Below the pieces are notes generated by a model, which saw nothing but the letters and a program-made list of their open reading frames with translations, did not search any database and was not told the origin of the DNA. Positions 44,223-53,105 of a DNA stretch of 53,105 bases are shown here, piece after piece. Location of the stretch: the IMG/VR virus record IMGVR_UViG_3300028837_001657, positions 1 through 53,105 of that record. One strand, 5' to 3'. The stretch is from a virus. Taxonomy: Duplodnaviria; Caudoviricetes. The number at the start of each line of letters is the position of its first letter. Positions within the stretch are counted from its first letter, which is position 1. A program made the translations under genes and the position numbers.

Positions 44223-44499
44223 TCAGGGGAAGATGCTCATGCACCACGATAACGGTCTTGCCAAGAGCGCGGTGCTCTTCTGCATACTCCCCGGCAGCCT
44301 CGTCACGGGCAACGGGCCTATCCGCGAAGTGGGTGACGAGTGAGTGTCCGCAGCCTGGGCATCTGTGTATATCTGCCCATATCGCTTGATAGGGCTGCTC
44401 TTCGGCTACGGTCGGCCCCGCCATGAAGAGAACTACGACGCCGGTCTCGTCCATTTCGTACTCGATTTTACAACCTCTGCAAACTGGCTTACGTGGCAT
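44200..44499 (-). CDS. Zinc-ribbon protein
   Basis: VCRGC...PY..W.AD...CPGCG. Confidence 0.6.
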   Translation of the reverse strand: MPRKPVCRGCKIEYEMDETGVVVLFMAGPTVAEEQPYQAIWADIHRCPGCGHSLVTHFADRPVARDEAAGEYAEEHRALGKTVIVVHEHLPLIEEDVDV

Positions 44500-44752
44500 C
44501 TTGCTGTACTCCTTTCTGAATCAGCTCTACACCCATCCAAAAGTGGTGCCTCAAGACAGTGGGGAGCGCCCCTACACGAACCCTCCCGAACATCAGGCGC
44601 TTACTCTGATCTTTCGGCATAGCGGCCGGATTGACAAGGCACAGATTCGGAGTTACCTTGCGTGTCCTCTTGTAATGTCTTGCCGCGCGTAGCACTTTGT
44701 CCTCTAATGAAGTGCCAGGATTATCGTCATACCACAGCATCCCTTCTTTCAT
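44489..44752 (-). CDS. Conserved hypothetical protein of a type I associate with Chloroflexota
   Basis: GMLWYD......L..KV.RAA.HY......PNLCLVNP...VL.HHFW.G. Confidence 0.65.
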   Translation of the reverse strand: MKEGMLWYDDNPGTSLEDKVLRAARHYKRTRKVTPNLCLVNPAAMPKDQSKRLMFGRVRVGALPTVLRHHFWMGVELIQKGVQQDAT

Positions 44753-45264
44753 TGCGCCTGCGCCTGCGCCTCCGCCACCATCCGGTCAATTCGCATTTCA
44801 TTCCATACATGCATGGCAACGCCCACGGCGTCTGCTTCGTGCTCCGTGATCGTCTCCTTGCCCAAGAATTGCGCGACAACCTTTGCGACACCTTTGTGCC
44901 ATCCGCTGGCTTTGACTTTCATGGCGTTGACGCGACGTAGATCGGTCACGCCGGCCAGGTGAGCCAGGACTAACGGCGTCCACATAGCGGCGCCCAGTAT
45001 CCTATCGGTCAAAGCGTTGCCGTGTGAACCGGTGGGCTCTTCAGCCGCTACGACGGTAAAATCGGCCAGAGTAGCCGGATGTCCGTCTATCTCAAACGGC
45101 AGTGGTCTTCGCATCCAGTTGGCAATGAGCAGCATGCGAACCCACCCGCTGTCGCCTTTCGGTGAGTAGGCTCCGCTGGCGATCACCGTGCCTTCAACGA
45201 TGGCACAGTAACCCACATCCGAAGAGGACGCATCGAACCCCAAGATGCGCAAGGGCTTTGGCAT
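44749..45264 (-). CDS. RuvC-like Holliday junction resolvase
   Basis: ILGFDASS..VGY, VAAEE, VK and EHEADAVGVA motifs. Confidence 0.8.
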   Translation of the reverse strand: MPKPLRILGFDASSSDVGYCAIVEGTVIASGAYSPKGDSGWVRMLLIANWMRRPLPFEIDGHPATLADFTVVAAEEPTGSHGNALTDRILGAAMWTPLVLAHLAGVTDLRRVNAMKVKASGWHKGVAKVVAQFLGKETITEHEADAVGVAMHVWNEMRIDRMVAEAQAQAQ

Positions 45265-46178
45265 CAGAACATCCTCACTTGCCTGGGTACCAGGTCAATC
45301 TCAGGGCGGTCGTCGTGCACTACCCCGTCCAGGATGCGGCCAGATTGTGACCGCCCTACACGGTACGATCGAGTGCCGTCTTGCCACGTATGGCACGCGA
45401 ACTGCCTGAGTGCTTCCGTGCTCGCCTGGTAGCCCATCATGCCCGAAAGCTGCGACTGATGCAGCCAATCCCCATGCGCTTTGTAGTGAAACGAGAGTCC
45501 ATGATCATGGCACCAATCTCGCGCTGCTCGCACCCAGTCAATGTGCCACGGCCGTGCACCAGGTCCAGTTTCGCCTCCGGCCAGGATTCCGCCCAATTGC
45601 GTCCCGCTCGACCGTTGCAGACTTGACCATTGAACGGAACCGAGTACAGGCTCATAAGAGATGACCTTAGTTACTGCCGGGATTGTCCGAAACATCGGCC
45701 CTGCCTTGGAGGCATCGGTTTGATCTGAAATGCTGACGCCAAGCCAAGTGTTGGTCGGCCAGCCACCGCGCCAGCCGAACGGGACCAAAGCAGTCCAGTT
45801 GTGCGGCCGCTTGGTCAAAAGGAGCCAGGCCATGCAAGCCGTCTCTTCAATCAGTGTCCACAAGCGAGCACGGGCTTCTTGCATAGCCTGATGCACTGCC
45901 GCGTCTGGGTGGATTTCGAAGATGTCGCACATACTCCCGCAGAGAACCAAGGCGTTTTTGCCCGTCTTGACCGCCGCCTTCTCCCACTGTCTAGGTGCTT
46001 GCCAGTGGCCTTCTGTGAAGTCAAGACGCCGCCCGCGGTCTGCGCCCCATACGTCGTATCCGACTTCAGTGGCCCATCGCCTTGCGTAGCACCTCGCACA
46101 GCCAGACGCGATCTCCGTGCATCCCCACCAAATGTTAAAGGTATGGTCGGGGTAAGAGATCCGAGTATCCTTACCCAT
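45264..46178 (-). CDS. DUF5131 / phage Gp37-Gp68 family protein
   Basis: DHTFN.W.GC..I.SGC..CYA, SMCD.F, LLLTKRP, WLGVS, SYEP.LG, GGETGP.ARP. Confidence 0.9.
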   Translation of the reverse strand: MGKDTRISYPDHTFNIWWGCTEIASGCARCYARRWATEVGYDVWGADRGRRLDFTEGHWQAPRQWEKAAVKTGKNALVLCGSMCDIFEIHPDAAVHQAMQEARARLWTLIEETACMAWLLLTKRPHNWTALVPFGWRGGWPTNTWLGVSISDQTDASKAGPMFRTIPAVTKVISYEPVLGSVQWSSLQRSSGTQLGGILAGGETGPGARPWHIDWVRAARDWCHDHGLSFHYKAHGDWLHQSQLSGMMGYQASTEALRQFACHTWQDGTRSYRVGRSQSGRILDGVVHDDRPEIDLVPRQVRMF

Positions 46179-46539
46179 TTCCGCCGTCTCTTTCTCCTCT
46201 GGCCTTGAGCAAGCCTTCTACATAAACGAGCAAAAGCTTGGGATCAACATCGAGCCCGATCAGGTCACTCAGAATAGCCTCTACTGCCATCGAGCCAGGG
46301 ATAGGATCATGCACACCCATCGGACCAGCAGCTTGACACTGCGGGAAAGGACCTATAGACGTGCCAAGCAGGACACGCTCTGCCTCTTCGAACGTGGGTA
46401 GGTTTGTGCGGGCCAACTTCTCTCGGAGCGCTGCGAGGATAAACTTAGAGCGGTTCTGGTCTGCTGCAGCCGCAGCCATACGGACTTGCCGATCGAATGC
46501 CGGTGAACATCGAAAAGATACACCTATACTGTAGTCCAT
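46171..46539 (-). CDS. Ribbon-helix-helix transcriptional regulator
   Basis: VSFRC......V..AA.....NRS.FI..AL.EKL; GAGGAG RBS. Confidence 0.7.
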   Translation of the reverse strand: MDYSIGVSFRCSPAFDRQVRMAAAAADQNRSKFILAALREKLARTNLPTFEEAERVLLGTSIGPFPQCQAAGPMGVHDPIPGSMAVEAILSDLIGLDVDPKLLLVYVEGLLKARGERDGGNG

Positions 46540-46568
46540 CTCTTTGCTCCTCTTGTTGAGTATCTGTC

Positions 46569-46606
46569 AGACTGTCATATTATAACACAGTCTTACCAGA
46601 AGTCAA
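46569..46606 (-). promoter_or_regulatory. Sigma70-type promoter with an overlapping inverted-repeat operator
   Basis: On the - strand TTGACT-16 nt-TATAAT with extended TG; AGACTGT/ACAGTCT inverted repeat flanks the -10. Confidence 0.75.
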
Positions 46607-46636
46607 CAACCGCCAAACTTATGCATAGGCAAAGGA

Positions 46637-47305
46637 TCACTCTAACCAAGACGGTGCAGCACTGCTGATACGCTGGATGAGTCCCATCGTGCCTAACCCA
46701 CTTGAGATCATCAATCCTGAACCGGCCAAGGCACGGGTCACTATGACTAAGAACTCCGGACGCTCTAACGCCGGGCGTGCCGTCACAGCATTCCCGATCA
46801 TGGCGATGACTAAGGCATGATTCTGCCGCTCTTGCGCCAAGTTGATCAAAGCACCGCGAAAGCCCCTGCCGGCAGTGATCGCCTTGATTTCTTCATCTGA
46901 GCACACGTATAACCACTCTAAGAGGCCAGGAGGTTGTGCTGGTAGTCGCCAGGATGGGAGGGTAGTAGCAAGACCCCAGGCAAGGGAGCGACATCGTACT
47001 ACGATCGGTACAGGCAGATTACGGGCCTGATCCAACATTACTTCTACCGGCAGGTCTTCTCCACTTGCCGCCAGCGAACCCGCCAATCCTATTTCACGAT
47101 CGTCACCGATCTGGATGTCCTCGATGACCGCATAGATCACGTGGTGAGTTGCTGGGGCATCTACTCGGACGAGTGCCCCATGTTCTGGCACTTCTTCGCG
47201 CATGGCCTGGCATCCTACTGTGAAACCTTGTATTGAACTGGCGCTCACCCGCCCAGCCCGTAGGCGATGTCCACTGCTGATAGGCAATTGACTTTGTGTC
47301 ATCAT
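46637..47305 (-). CDS. HAS-barrel-like protein (NurA/HerA-associated type)
   Basis: GRV..SS..GF.VGC......P..G.LV...IYA.I.DI...DD...DQ.....VP......LP.QPP..L.....C..EE. Confidence 0.55.
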   Translation of the reverse strand: MMTQSQLPISSGHRLRAGRVSASSIQGFTVGCQAMREEVPEHGALVRVDAPATHHVIYAVIEDIQIGDDREIGLAGSLAASGEDLPVEVMLDQARNLPVPIVVRCRSLAWGLATTLPSWRLPAQPPGLLEWLYVCSDEEIKAITAGRGFRGALINLAQERQNHALVIAMIGNAVTARPALERPEFLVIVTRALAGSGLMISSGLGTMGLIQRISSAAPSWLE

Positions 47306-48171
47306 GCAGCCTCCTGAATCACAGCATCGTCATAACTTGTGCGGTAGTTTGGACAATTGAACTGCCCCCCATCTACTGCTGCGGCGGCATACCACCGATC
47401 TGGCGTGCTGCCATCTTCACAATGATTGACGCGACTGTCAGGGCCGTACTCATTCCACCAGTCACAGCCACCGCAAGGGTTAAGGTACCTTGGCCCGTTG
47501 TCTGTGATCTCGTGCAACTTGCCCCACACACAGGCCAGCCACTCGGGGTAGGCGAACGTTAGTTGCCAAAGGGTGCTAACGCGGCCTAAGAAATGTTCTG
47601 GATGGTAGCGCCAGATCACATCGTTCCAAAACATTTCGAAGACCCGCACGGGATCTTGATCCCATTTCGTCGTGTACAACAGACGCGGGAAGCTCCTGTT
47701 TTCTCGCTGATAGATTGTGGCGAAGTCCTCAATGCCACGGAATCCTTCCCGGTGCACCAGGTCGACCGTGATCTCTTCCGGCCGGATGCGCTTGATTCCG
47801 CATAAGGTCCGCCGGGCTTCCCAGTATCCGGCCAACATTAGTGCGTGGTGTGCCTGAGTACGATTCCAAGCGCCCCCGAAAGCGGCTTCAGCATTCGTTT
47901 CCCACCACACCCGGGGATCGAGGAGCACTTCTCCAGTGCGGCGGTTCACCCATACGGACGGCATCGAGTACCCCGGCTGTACCGCGTAGCTCTTGCCCAC
48001 TTCCCACTTGCTCCGCTCGAGGTATCCTTTTGCTGTCTTCCATCGCCGGACGACGGCTCGGGCAGGACGATCACTGTCTGCCTCGACTAACCATTCATCA
48101 TCTTGCGCCAAGCGGAGGGCAGTCGTTTTCTTGCCGGTGACCATCTCTTGCCAAGTATGCTTAAAGATCAT
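47302..48171 (-). CDS. ASCH/PUA-like domain protein
   Basis: MIF......G.KT...R...W.VG.SYAVQPG...I......EGF motif. Confidence 0.6.
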   Translation of the reverse strand: MIFKHTWQEMVTGKKTTALRLAQDDEWLVEADSDRPARAVVRRWKTAKGYLERSKWEVGKSYAVQPGYSMPSVWVNRRTGEVLLDPRVWWETNAEAAFGGAWNRTQAHHALMLAGYWEARRTLCGIKRIRPEEITVDLVHREGFRGIEDFATIYQRENRSFPRLLYTTKWDQDPVRVFEMFWNDVIWRYHPEHFLGRVSTLWQLTFAYPEWLACVWGKLHEITDNGPRYLNPCGGCDWWNEYGPDSRVNHCEDGSTPDRWYAAAAVDGGQFNCPNYRTSYDDAVIQEAA

Positions 48172-48947
48172 CTCCTGTCCTTTCTGTCTGGTGTAACGCA
48201 CTGCCCGCACGTGCACGACGGGAGTGCCTGCTCGCCATCTACAGCCGCCAGGATTTCTCGCGCTATGGCATTCAGCTCTTCAATTCTCTGTTCGGGTGCA
48301 CTCACATTGCACACCAGAGCAGGGAAGTCAATGGGCAAAAAGACGCTGAAGTCACCCAATAGCCTCAAGTAATCTTCCCACAACCGCACAGGGATGTGGC
48401 CGATGCCGTACCTTTCTTCCAGGGCATTTCTGCGCTTTCGCGCCTCGATGTACCGAAGGTATATGTCATAGTCTACGTCACGGGGTATGTAGATTATCAC
48501 TGCGTCCGTGAACCTGCCGTGATGAGCATAGAGACCTACTTGTCCCACGTCTCGCCAACGCGGAACATGGGGGACGTGCTCTCCTAACCGGCAGAACGCT
48601 GCCCACGTGACCGTCTTGATCTCAACCAATGTGCCGTCCTTGAGCACGTAGTCAACGTGGCCCTTGAAGCGGTCGTCGAAGTCGGCCACTACCTCGCGCC
48701 GAAACAGAGGCGCCTGCTCTTCGAACAACCGTTCCTTTACGGCCGCTTCGAAAGCATAACCTACTACCCCGTAGTACTCCATCAAGGCATGTTCTGATTG
48801 CCTGGTCCCCATCATCGCCAAGGCCAACGCACGCGGGCAAGCGCCCCGGCCTACTTGGGACATGCCGAGATAATCCCTTTCTTCTCTCAGAGAGAACGGA
48901 CCTGTAGTGTTCGCTATAAGCAACGTTCTCACTTGATCAGCATTCAT
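48168..48947 (-). CDS. Cas4-like PD-(D/E)XK nuclease
   Basis: S.VG..CPR, GHVD...LVEIKT, Q..LY and C-terminal CTCGQC (1+3 Cys arrangement). Confidence 0.75.
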   Translation of the reverse strand: MNADQVRTLLIANTTGPFSLREERDYLGMSQVGRGACPRALALAMMGTRQSEHALMEYYGVVGYAFEAAVKERLFEEQAPLFRREVVADFDDRFKGHVDYVLKDGTLVEIKTVTWAAFCRLGEHVPHVPRWRDVGQVGLYAHHGRFTDAVIIYIPRDVDYDIYLRYIEARKRRNALEERYGIGHIPVRLWEDYLRLLGDFSVFLPIDFPALVCNVSAPEQRIEELNAIAREILAAVDGEQALPSCTCGQCVTPDRKDRR

Positions 48948-49323
48948 TTCTCGCAGTCTCCTTTTTTGCTGCTTGGGGCAACACGGCTATTATAGCTGTG
49001 TTGCCGTACTGTGCGGCCAAACCTTTGAGTCCTAATTCGATCAGCCCATCGGCGTCACGCACTTCGTCAGGCCGCCCCATCACCAAGGCCACGGCCGGGC
49101 CGTCAAAAACGTGGACGGCCTGGACCTCTTCCGCGTCCAACGTGAGTGCCTTAGAGGATTTGCCCCGCCAGCCTAACAAGACGTCGCCGGTCGTAGGCTT
49201 TCGCTCTACGTTGTGGAGGTCGTGAATTTCGGCAGTGAACTCGATTCTCTGTCCCGCCGTCTGCAACCGGCAGCGCTGCCCATCTATTGCTCGAAGCGCG
49301 GCGATCAACTCAGGCCTGTTCAT
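48937..49323 (-). CDS. Hypothetical protein
   Basis: Overlap-coupled ORF in the - strand gene run. Confidence 0.55.
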   Translation of the reverse strand: MNRPELIAALRAIDGQRCRLQTAGQRIEFTAEIHDLHNVERKPTTGDVLLGWRGKSSKALTLDAEEVQAVHVFDGPAVALVMGRPDEVRDADGLIELGLKGLAAQYGNTAIIAVLPQAAKKETARNEC

Positions 49324-49588
49324 CTTTGGCGTTCCGCATCTTCATCCGGGCATCAAGGTGTAGTTTGCGGTCCTCCGGATCGGCGTTACGGAGGACGATG
49401 TCGAGGCAGGCGATCTGACGGCCTGCGACAACGTTCAGTTCTTGCATGCCCTGGTGGTGTAATTCGTGTAGTCTATCAAGAGCCATTCGGAGGTAATAGG
49501 CTACCTGGCGTGCTCGATCTGGCTCTTGCCCTTTGTGATCAGCAAGCCATCTTACCGCCTGCTGCATAGTATCAAAGGTGCTGCTCAT
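49310..49588 (-). CDS. Hypothetical protein
   Basis: AAGGA RBS; coupled to neighbours. Confidence 0.55.
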   Translation of the reverse strand: MSSTFDTMQQAVRWLADHKGQEPDRARQVAYYLRMALDRLHELHHQGMQELNVVAGRQIACLDIVLRNADPEDRKLHLDARMKMRNAKDEQA

Positions 49589-49589
49589 T

Positions 49590-50380
49590 TCAATCCTTTC
49601 TTCCTATGATGATGTACTCGTGCTTGAACACGGAGAACCCGCCAGCCAAGGCGCGGTAGCGCCATAGGCGGGCTTGCTGGCCGAGCCCTTGTTCGTTGCC
49701 TCGGATGTCCTTGACAATCATAGACTTGATAGCAAGGCCCAGGTCCTGCATCGCTACTGCCGCCCAGGCGCTCAAAGGTTGCAACATGCCATCGTGATAG
49801 GTATCTCCGATTACCACCGCGATAAACCCGCCTGGCCGGACCAGTTCTCGGGCATAATGGATCACATGCCTCAGTCGTACATTGAACAGATACGGCGTCT
49901 GCATCTGAGACAGGTCCTGCTCGTCGTCTGTGAACTTGATCGCCTTGTGGTAAGGTGGATGCAAGATGACTAAGTCGGCCGTTGGGCGCCCGCACAACTG
50001 CTGCGCGGCTGTGTTGACCGTGCTCAAGATGTCGGCCATCGCGGAGTTGCCTTGCCGTAGGAGGATGTCGTCGGCGTCCCCAGGTGATCAGCAAGCCAGG
50101 CCAGGACGGTCGGGTCAATGTCTATCCCGATGCACTTACGTCTGTAACGTGCACAGACGAAAGCGGTAGTGCCTGAGCCAACGAACATGTCAAGCACCAG
50201 GTCACCTCGTCGGGTATAGCGCCACACCAGTTGCTCTGCAACTTGGGGAATGAAGGCCCCTCGAAAGTTGGGCATCTTCGGGTATGAGTCATCTCTGCGC
50301 TCGATCGACCAGAGCGAATCGGTCCAGATGTGGTCGTACTCACGCCACCTACTTAGGTCAAGATCGTTGTAGGCAGGCAT
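49590..50380 (-). pseudogene. Amino (N4C/N6A) DNA methyltransferase split by a frameshift
   Basis: 5' part has G.FIPQV and VLDMFVGSGTT...GIDI; 3' part has LVILHPPY and KHEYI; one extra G in the G4 run at 50078-50081 fuses the two. Confidence 0.8.
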
Positions 50381-50792
50381 CTTCTCTCTCAACTTTCTGC
50401 GTCAACTTGATCGCTCGCGCCATGACCGTGTTAGGAGGCCATTGGGCAAAGTAAGCTGGGCCTACCTCCCCTTTAGCAACGGTTTCCACGTAGCAAATTG
50501 GAGGAAGCGGCTTGATCAGCCCTTTGACCTCACATTCCCAAATTTCCCTGCGCCAACCCGACACCTTCGGGAAGAATCCCCCCGACGCGGAGAATGCTTG
50601 GGCATGCTCAACGGCCCCAAAAGCAGTTAAGTGGTACCCCTGGCGAGCTAACCACGGAGACGCATTGCTCCACAAGCCAGGGACATACTCGACTTCTGCA
50701 TCGCCGTGAGCCTTGGCAGAGAAGTACCACCGCTGTTCAGTGGGTACCGATACGTGAAAACGGACAACCTTGTATGCAATTTGCTTAGTCAT
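50358..50792 (-). CDS. Hypothetical phage protein
   Basis: GGAGG RBS; AYKVV...V.Y..G.W...IWECE...WP..TV....IKL. Confidence 0.6.
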   Translation of the reverse strand: MTKQIAYKVVRFHVSVPTEQRWYFSAKAHGDAEVEYVPGLWSNASPWLARQGYHLTAFGAVEHAQAFSASGGFFPKVSGWRREIWECEVKGLIKPLPPICYVETVAKGEVGPAYFAQWPPNTVMARAIKLTQKVEREDACLQRS

Positions 50793-51372
50793 GCTTCCTC
50801 CGTTCTTCATCCTGTCTCTGGCGAAGAATGCGCGTGCGCACAGTCCACAACGCCCTGCGTAGTACTTCACGACTGTGCTCGCGACCAAGTTCCGGCCACT
50901 TGTCGGCAAGGTCGTCCATCCACGCTTTCCAGGTAAGCTGAGACTCACCTATGAAACCTGCGATAGTCCGAGAGCACAAGGACCCGGGCGGGATCTCTCC
51001 AACCAGGAGCAATGCGCGCTCATAAGCCTCGCGCTTGTCAAGACGGCGGAACCTGTTCGACGGGTCAAATAGGTAAGGCTTCTCGGCCAAAGAGATCGAG
51101 GGGAGTTCGGGCACCTGCTCTTGCGCTGCCTCAAATGCAGCCAAGATGATCGGCTCCAGGCCGTACCACAGGTAGGCCAGGATGCGCTCCCACTCAGTTT
51201 GATCCATGTCACGGATAGCCAGCCAAGCCTGCGTCGCCTCAGGGCTATCTCCGGCTTTGCGCAAGGATGTATGGACGCCTTCTCCCAATGTGTCACGCAC
51301 GGGAGATAGATCAACTGGAGGTGACATTTTCCGCCTCTTTCTGTGCTTTTGCTCGTCTGCTTCGGTCGACAC
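50785..51372 (-). CDS. Hypothetical protein
   Basis: Long ORF in the - strand gene run; start uncertain. Confidence 0.5.
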   Translation of the reverse strand: MSTEADEQKHRKRRKMSPPVDLSPVRDTLGEGVHTSLRKAGDSPEATQAWLAIRDMDQTEWERILAYLWYGLEPIILAAFEAAQEQVPELPSISLAEKPYLFDPSNRFRRLDKREAYERALLLVGEIPPGSLCSRTIAGFIGESQLTWKAWMDDLADKWPELGREHSREVLRRALWTVRTRILRQRQDEERRKHD

Positions 51373-51898
51373 GGAAGGCCTGATTCACCACTTCGCGGAC
51401 GTGCGTTTTCTCCAAGTCCGGATACCTTTCTGTGATGACCTCTTCCACCGTTGACCATTGAAGCGAAAACTTGGCCTTGAACCGAGACATAGGCAGGACT
51501 GCTTTCATGACTACGCGGTCGGGCTGTTGCCTTACGATGCATAAAGCCACTTCGTATGCCGATCGCTTGTCCGGTAGCCGGAAAGTATTAGTTGAATCCC
51601 AACCAGTAGGAAGCACCTGACGGGCATAGTATACAGGTTCAGTTGCTCCTCGCACGGTGAATTCTTGCGGAGGTTGATCTGCCATTGCCAAGCAGACCAC
51701 CAGGACGGTGACTTCGCCTCCCCGATAGGCCAGGCAGTCCGTAGTACAGCCGTCGTCCCAAGCGGCCACGGATTTCTCTGCTGCCGCTTGTGCAGTTGTT
51801 GCGTAAACCTGTGATACACAGGCAAGATCATCTACGGGCGCTACCTCCCAAAGGAAGGCGTACCTCCCACAGACACTACACTCATCAAATATGCTCAT
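51311..51898 (-). CDS. Hypothetical protein
   Basis: AGGAG RBS before MSIFDECSVCG. Confidence 0.55.
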   Translation of the reverse strand: MSIFDECSVCGRYAFLWEVAPVDDLACVSQVYATTAQAAAEKSVAAWDDGCTTDCLAYRGGEVTVLVVCLAMADQPPQEFTVRGATEPVYYARQVLPTGWDSTNTFRLPDKRSAYEVALCIVRQQPDRVVMKAVLPMSRFKAKFSLQWSTVEEVITERYPDLEKTHVREVVNQAFRVDRSRRAKAQKEAENVTSS

Positions 51899-51902
51899 GG
51901 TT

Positions 51903-52439
51903 CTATTCTCCTGAGTCAACACGAATGGTCAAAGCCCACACTTGCGGGTTGTTGACAAAGCGAGTTCCTGGCTTCGTGTGAATGCTGTCCCATAAACGTG
52001 CAAAAGCATAGCGTTCCATCATCTTCGCAGTTTCACGGATAGTCGCAGCATCCACGTGTTTTATCAAAGGGGCAGGCTCAATGCCTTCAGCGCGACAATC
52101 GGCGAAACTGATGTCCTTTACCCACTCGCGACATATCGCCAGGATGCGGAAGCGCCCGACGGCCTTCACGCCCCTGCCTGGTTGCAAGGCATAGGTTTTG
52201 TCCTTGTACGCACCTAAGGCAACGTGCCATTTTAGAGTGTATAGTCGTCGAAGTATGATCAAAGGTGCGCGCACGGTCTGGTGTTGCGCAAGCCTCCGGT
52301 CTTGGATACCTTTCACGTCGCGCCAAACGGCGAAGACATTGCCCGCAGCATCTACAGACGCGAACTCGTTAGGCTGCACTAGCCGGCGCGTTTGAGTTTT
52401 CTCCCTGCGGAGTACCTGTTCCCATTGTCTGAAGATCAT
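51903..52439 (-). CDS. ASCH/PUA-like domain protein
   Basis: KTQTRR, YALQPGRG..A.G...I..I..E...DIS..D..AEG, F..LWD.I and NP.VW motifs. Confidence 0.8.
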   Translation of the reverse strand: MIFRQWEQVLRREKTQTRRLVQPNEFASVDAAGNVFAVWRDVKGIQDRRLAQHQTVRAPLIILRRLYTLKWHVALGAYKDKTYALQPGRGVKAVGRFRILAICREWVKDISFADCRAEGIEPAPLIKHVDAATIRETAKMMERYAFARLWDSIHTKPGTRFVNNPQVWALTIRVDSGE

Positions 52440-52658
52440 GTTCCTCCTCCTGAGGTATGAGCAGATGTCGGAAGTCAAGTTGTAACAACTCTGCAGGCAC
52501 GTGCGCCGCTACAGTGGCATACTCTTGCCACAGATCGCCCAGTTGCTCCGGCCAGGCAGACGGGTGAATAGCGTCCGCCCAGCGATCAATCTCCCGGGCA
52601 AGCCTGTTGACCTCTGCAACCCAAGCATCAACGGTCACGAGTTTGCTAACGTTAACAG

Positions 52659-53048
52659 TCAACGTGATACACCTGGAGACATGTTTGCGGTGATGCAACC
52701 GACGTAGTAATCGAGGGCCTCCGTGTAGGTCATCTCTTGGAGTATTTCATCTAACTGCGTAAGCCTCGTATCGGTCAGGCCCCGAGTGAAGAAAGACGAG
52801 TTCAGTTGAGTGATCAGGCCGAACAAGGTGCTTTGGTAAGCATCCATCGACGTCATGCGAGCCACGAAAAGACCGGGAGCCATGTTTTCGCCTTCACGCA
52901 TTGGGACAGGTTCTCCTTGCTCGCAAGGACGAGACAATGGATTGACAGCCTCGATGGTTCGGGCATACGTCCACCGCAACCATGCATCATGGTCGATGCA
53001 CAACAAATCATCCGCGTCGGCTTGATCAACGACCCACTCCCACACCAT
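52659..53048 (-). CDS. Hypothetical protein (start uncertain, may extend beyond the window)
   Basis: ORF on the - strand at the window end. Confidence 0.4.
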   Translation of the reverse strand: MVWEWVVDQADADDLLCIDHDAWLRWTYARTIEAVNPLSRPCEQGEPVPMREGENMAPGLFVARMTSMDAYQSTLFGLITQLNSSFFTRGLTDTRLTQLDEILQEMTYTEALDYYVGCITANMSPGVSR

Positions 53049-53105
53049 CCCGCCGCAGTTCTCCCATATAATCCTAATCCCATGCCGGACCGTGAAGTCA
53101 TGCAG

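Noticed and set aside
1-53105. tRNA/rRNA genes, integrase/att sites, alternative genetic code
   Set aside because: None recognised by eye; long genes read through normally with the standard code and all three stop codons are used

Overview
This window is part of a tailed (siphovirus-like) phage genome, most likely infecting Chloroflexota (Anaerolineae-like). The host call is inferred from several proteins I recognise as typical of that group. The + strand (1-32700) is the virion module: head-decoration fragment, neck proteins, several fibre/repeat proteins, portal, Mu-F/SPP1 gp7-like head morphogenesis protein, tail terminator, tail tube, a tail chaperone pair probably joined by a +1 frameshift, tape measure, Dit, Tal-like protein, fibre/spike with a beta-helix, a holin candidate and a 1034-aa multidomain endolysin. 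The - strand (32780-53105) holds accessory and DNA-metabolism genes: an HslV-like peptidase, two FtsK-like ATPases, a radical SAM protein, DUF5131, RuvC-like, RHH, HAS-barrel, two ASCH proteins, a Cas4-like nuclease and a frameshifted DNA methyltransferase. I see no terminase, major capsid or integrase in the window. The standout is a compact locus at 32780-34389: a stand-alone RAMP/Cas7-like gene next to a ~485-bp non-coding array of six units of alternating constant GGY triplets and variable NN dinucleotides, separated mostly by 17-nt conserved linkers. This is a candidate non-CRISPR RNA-guided system (VIPR-like). Second is a ~340-bp promoter-like element with four internal operator-like repeats, present twice in inverted orientation 21 kb apart. 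One copy faces the tail operon and the other faces the operon ending in the RAMP locus. All protein calls are motif recognition by eye, not database results.
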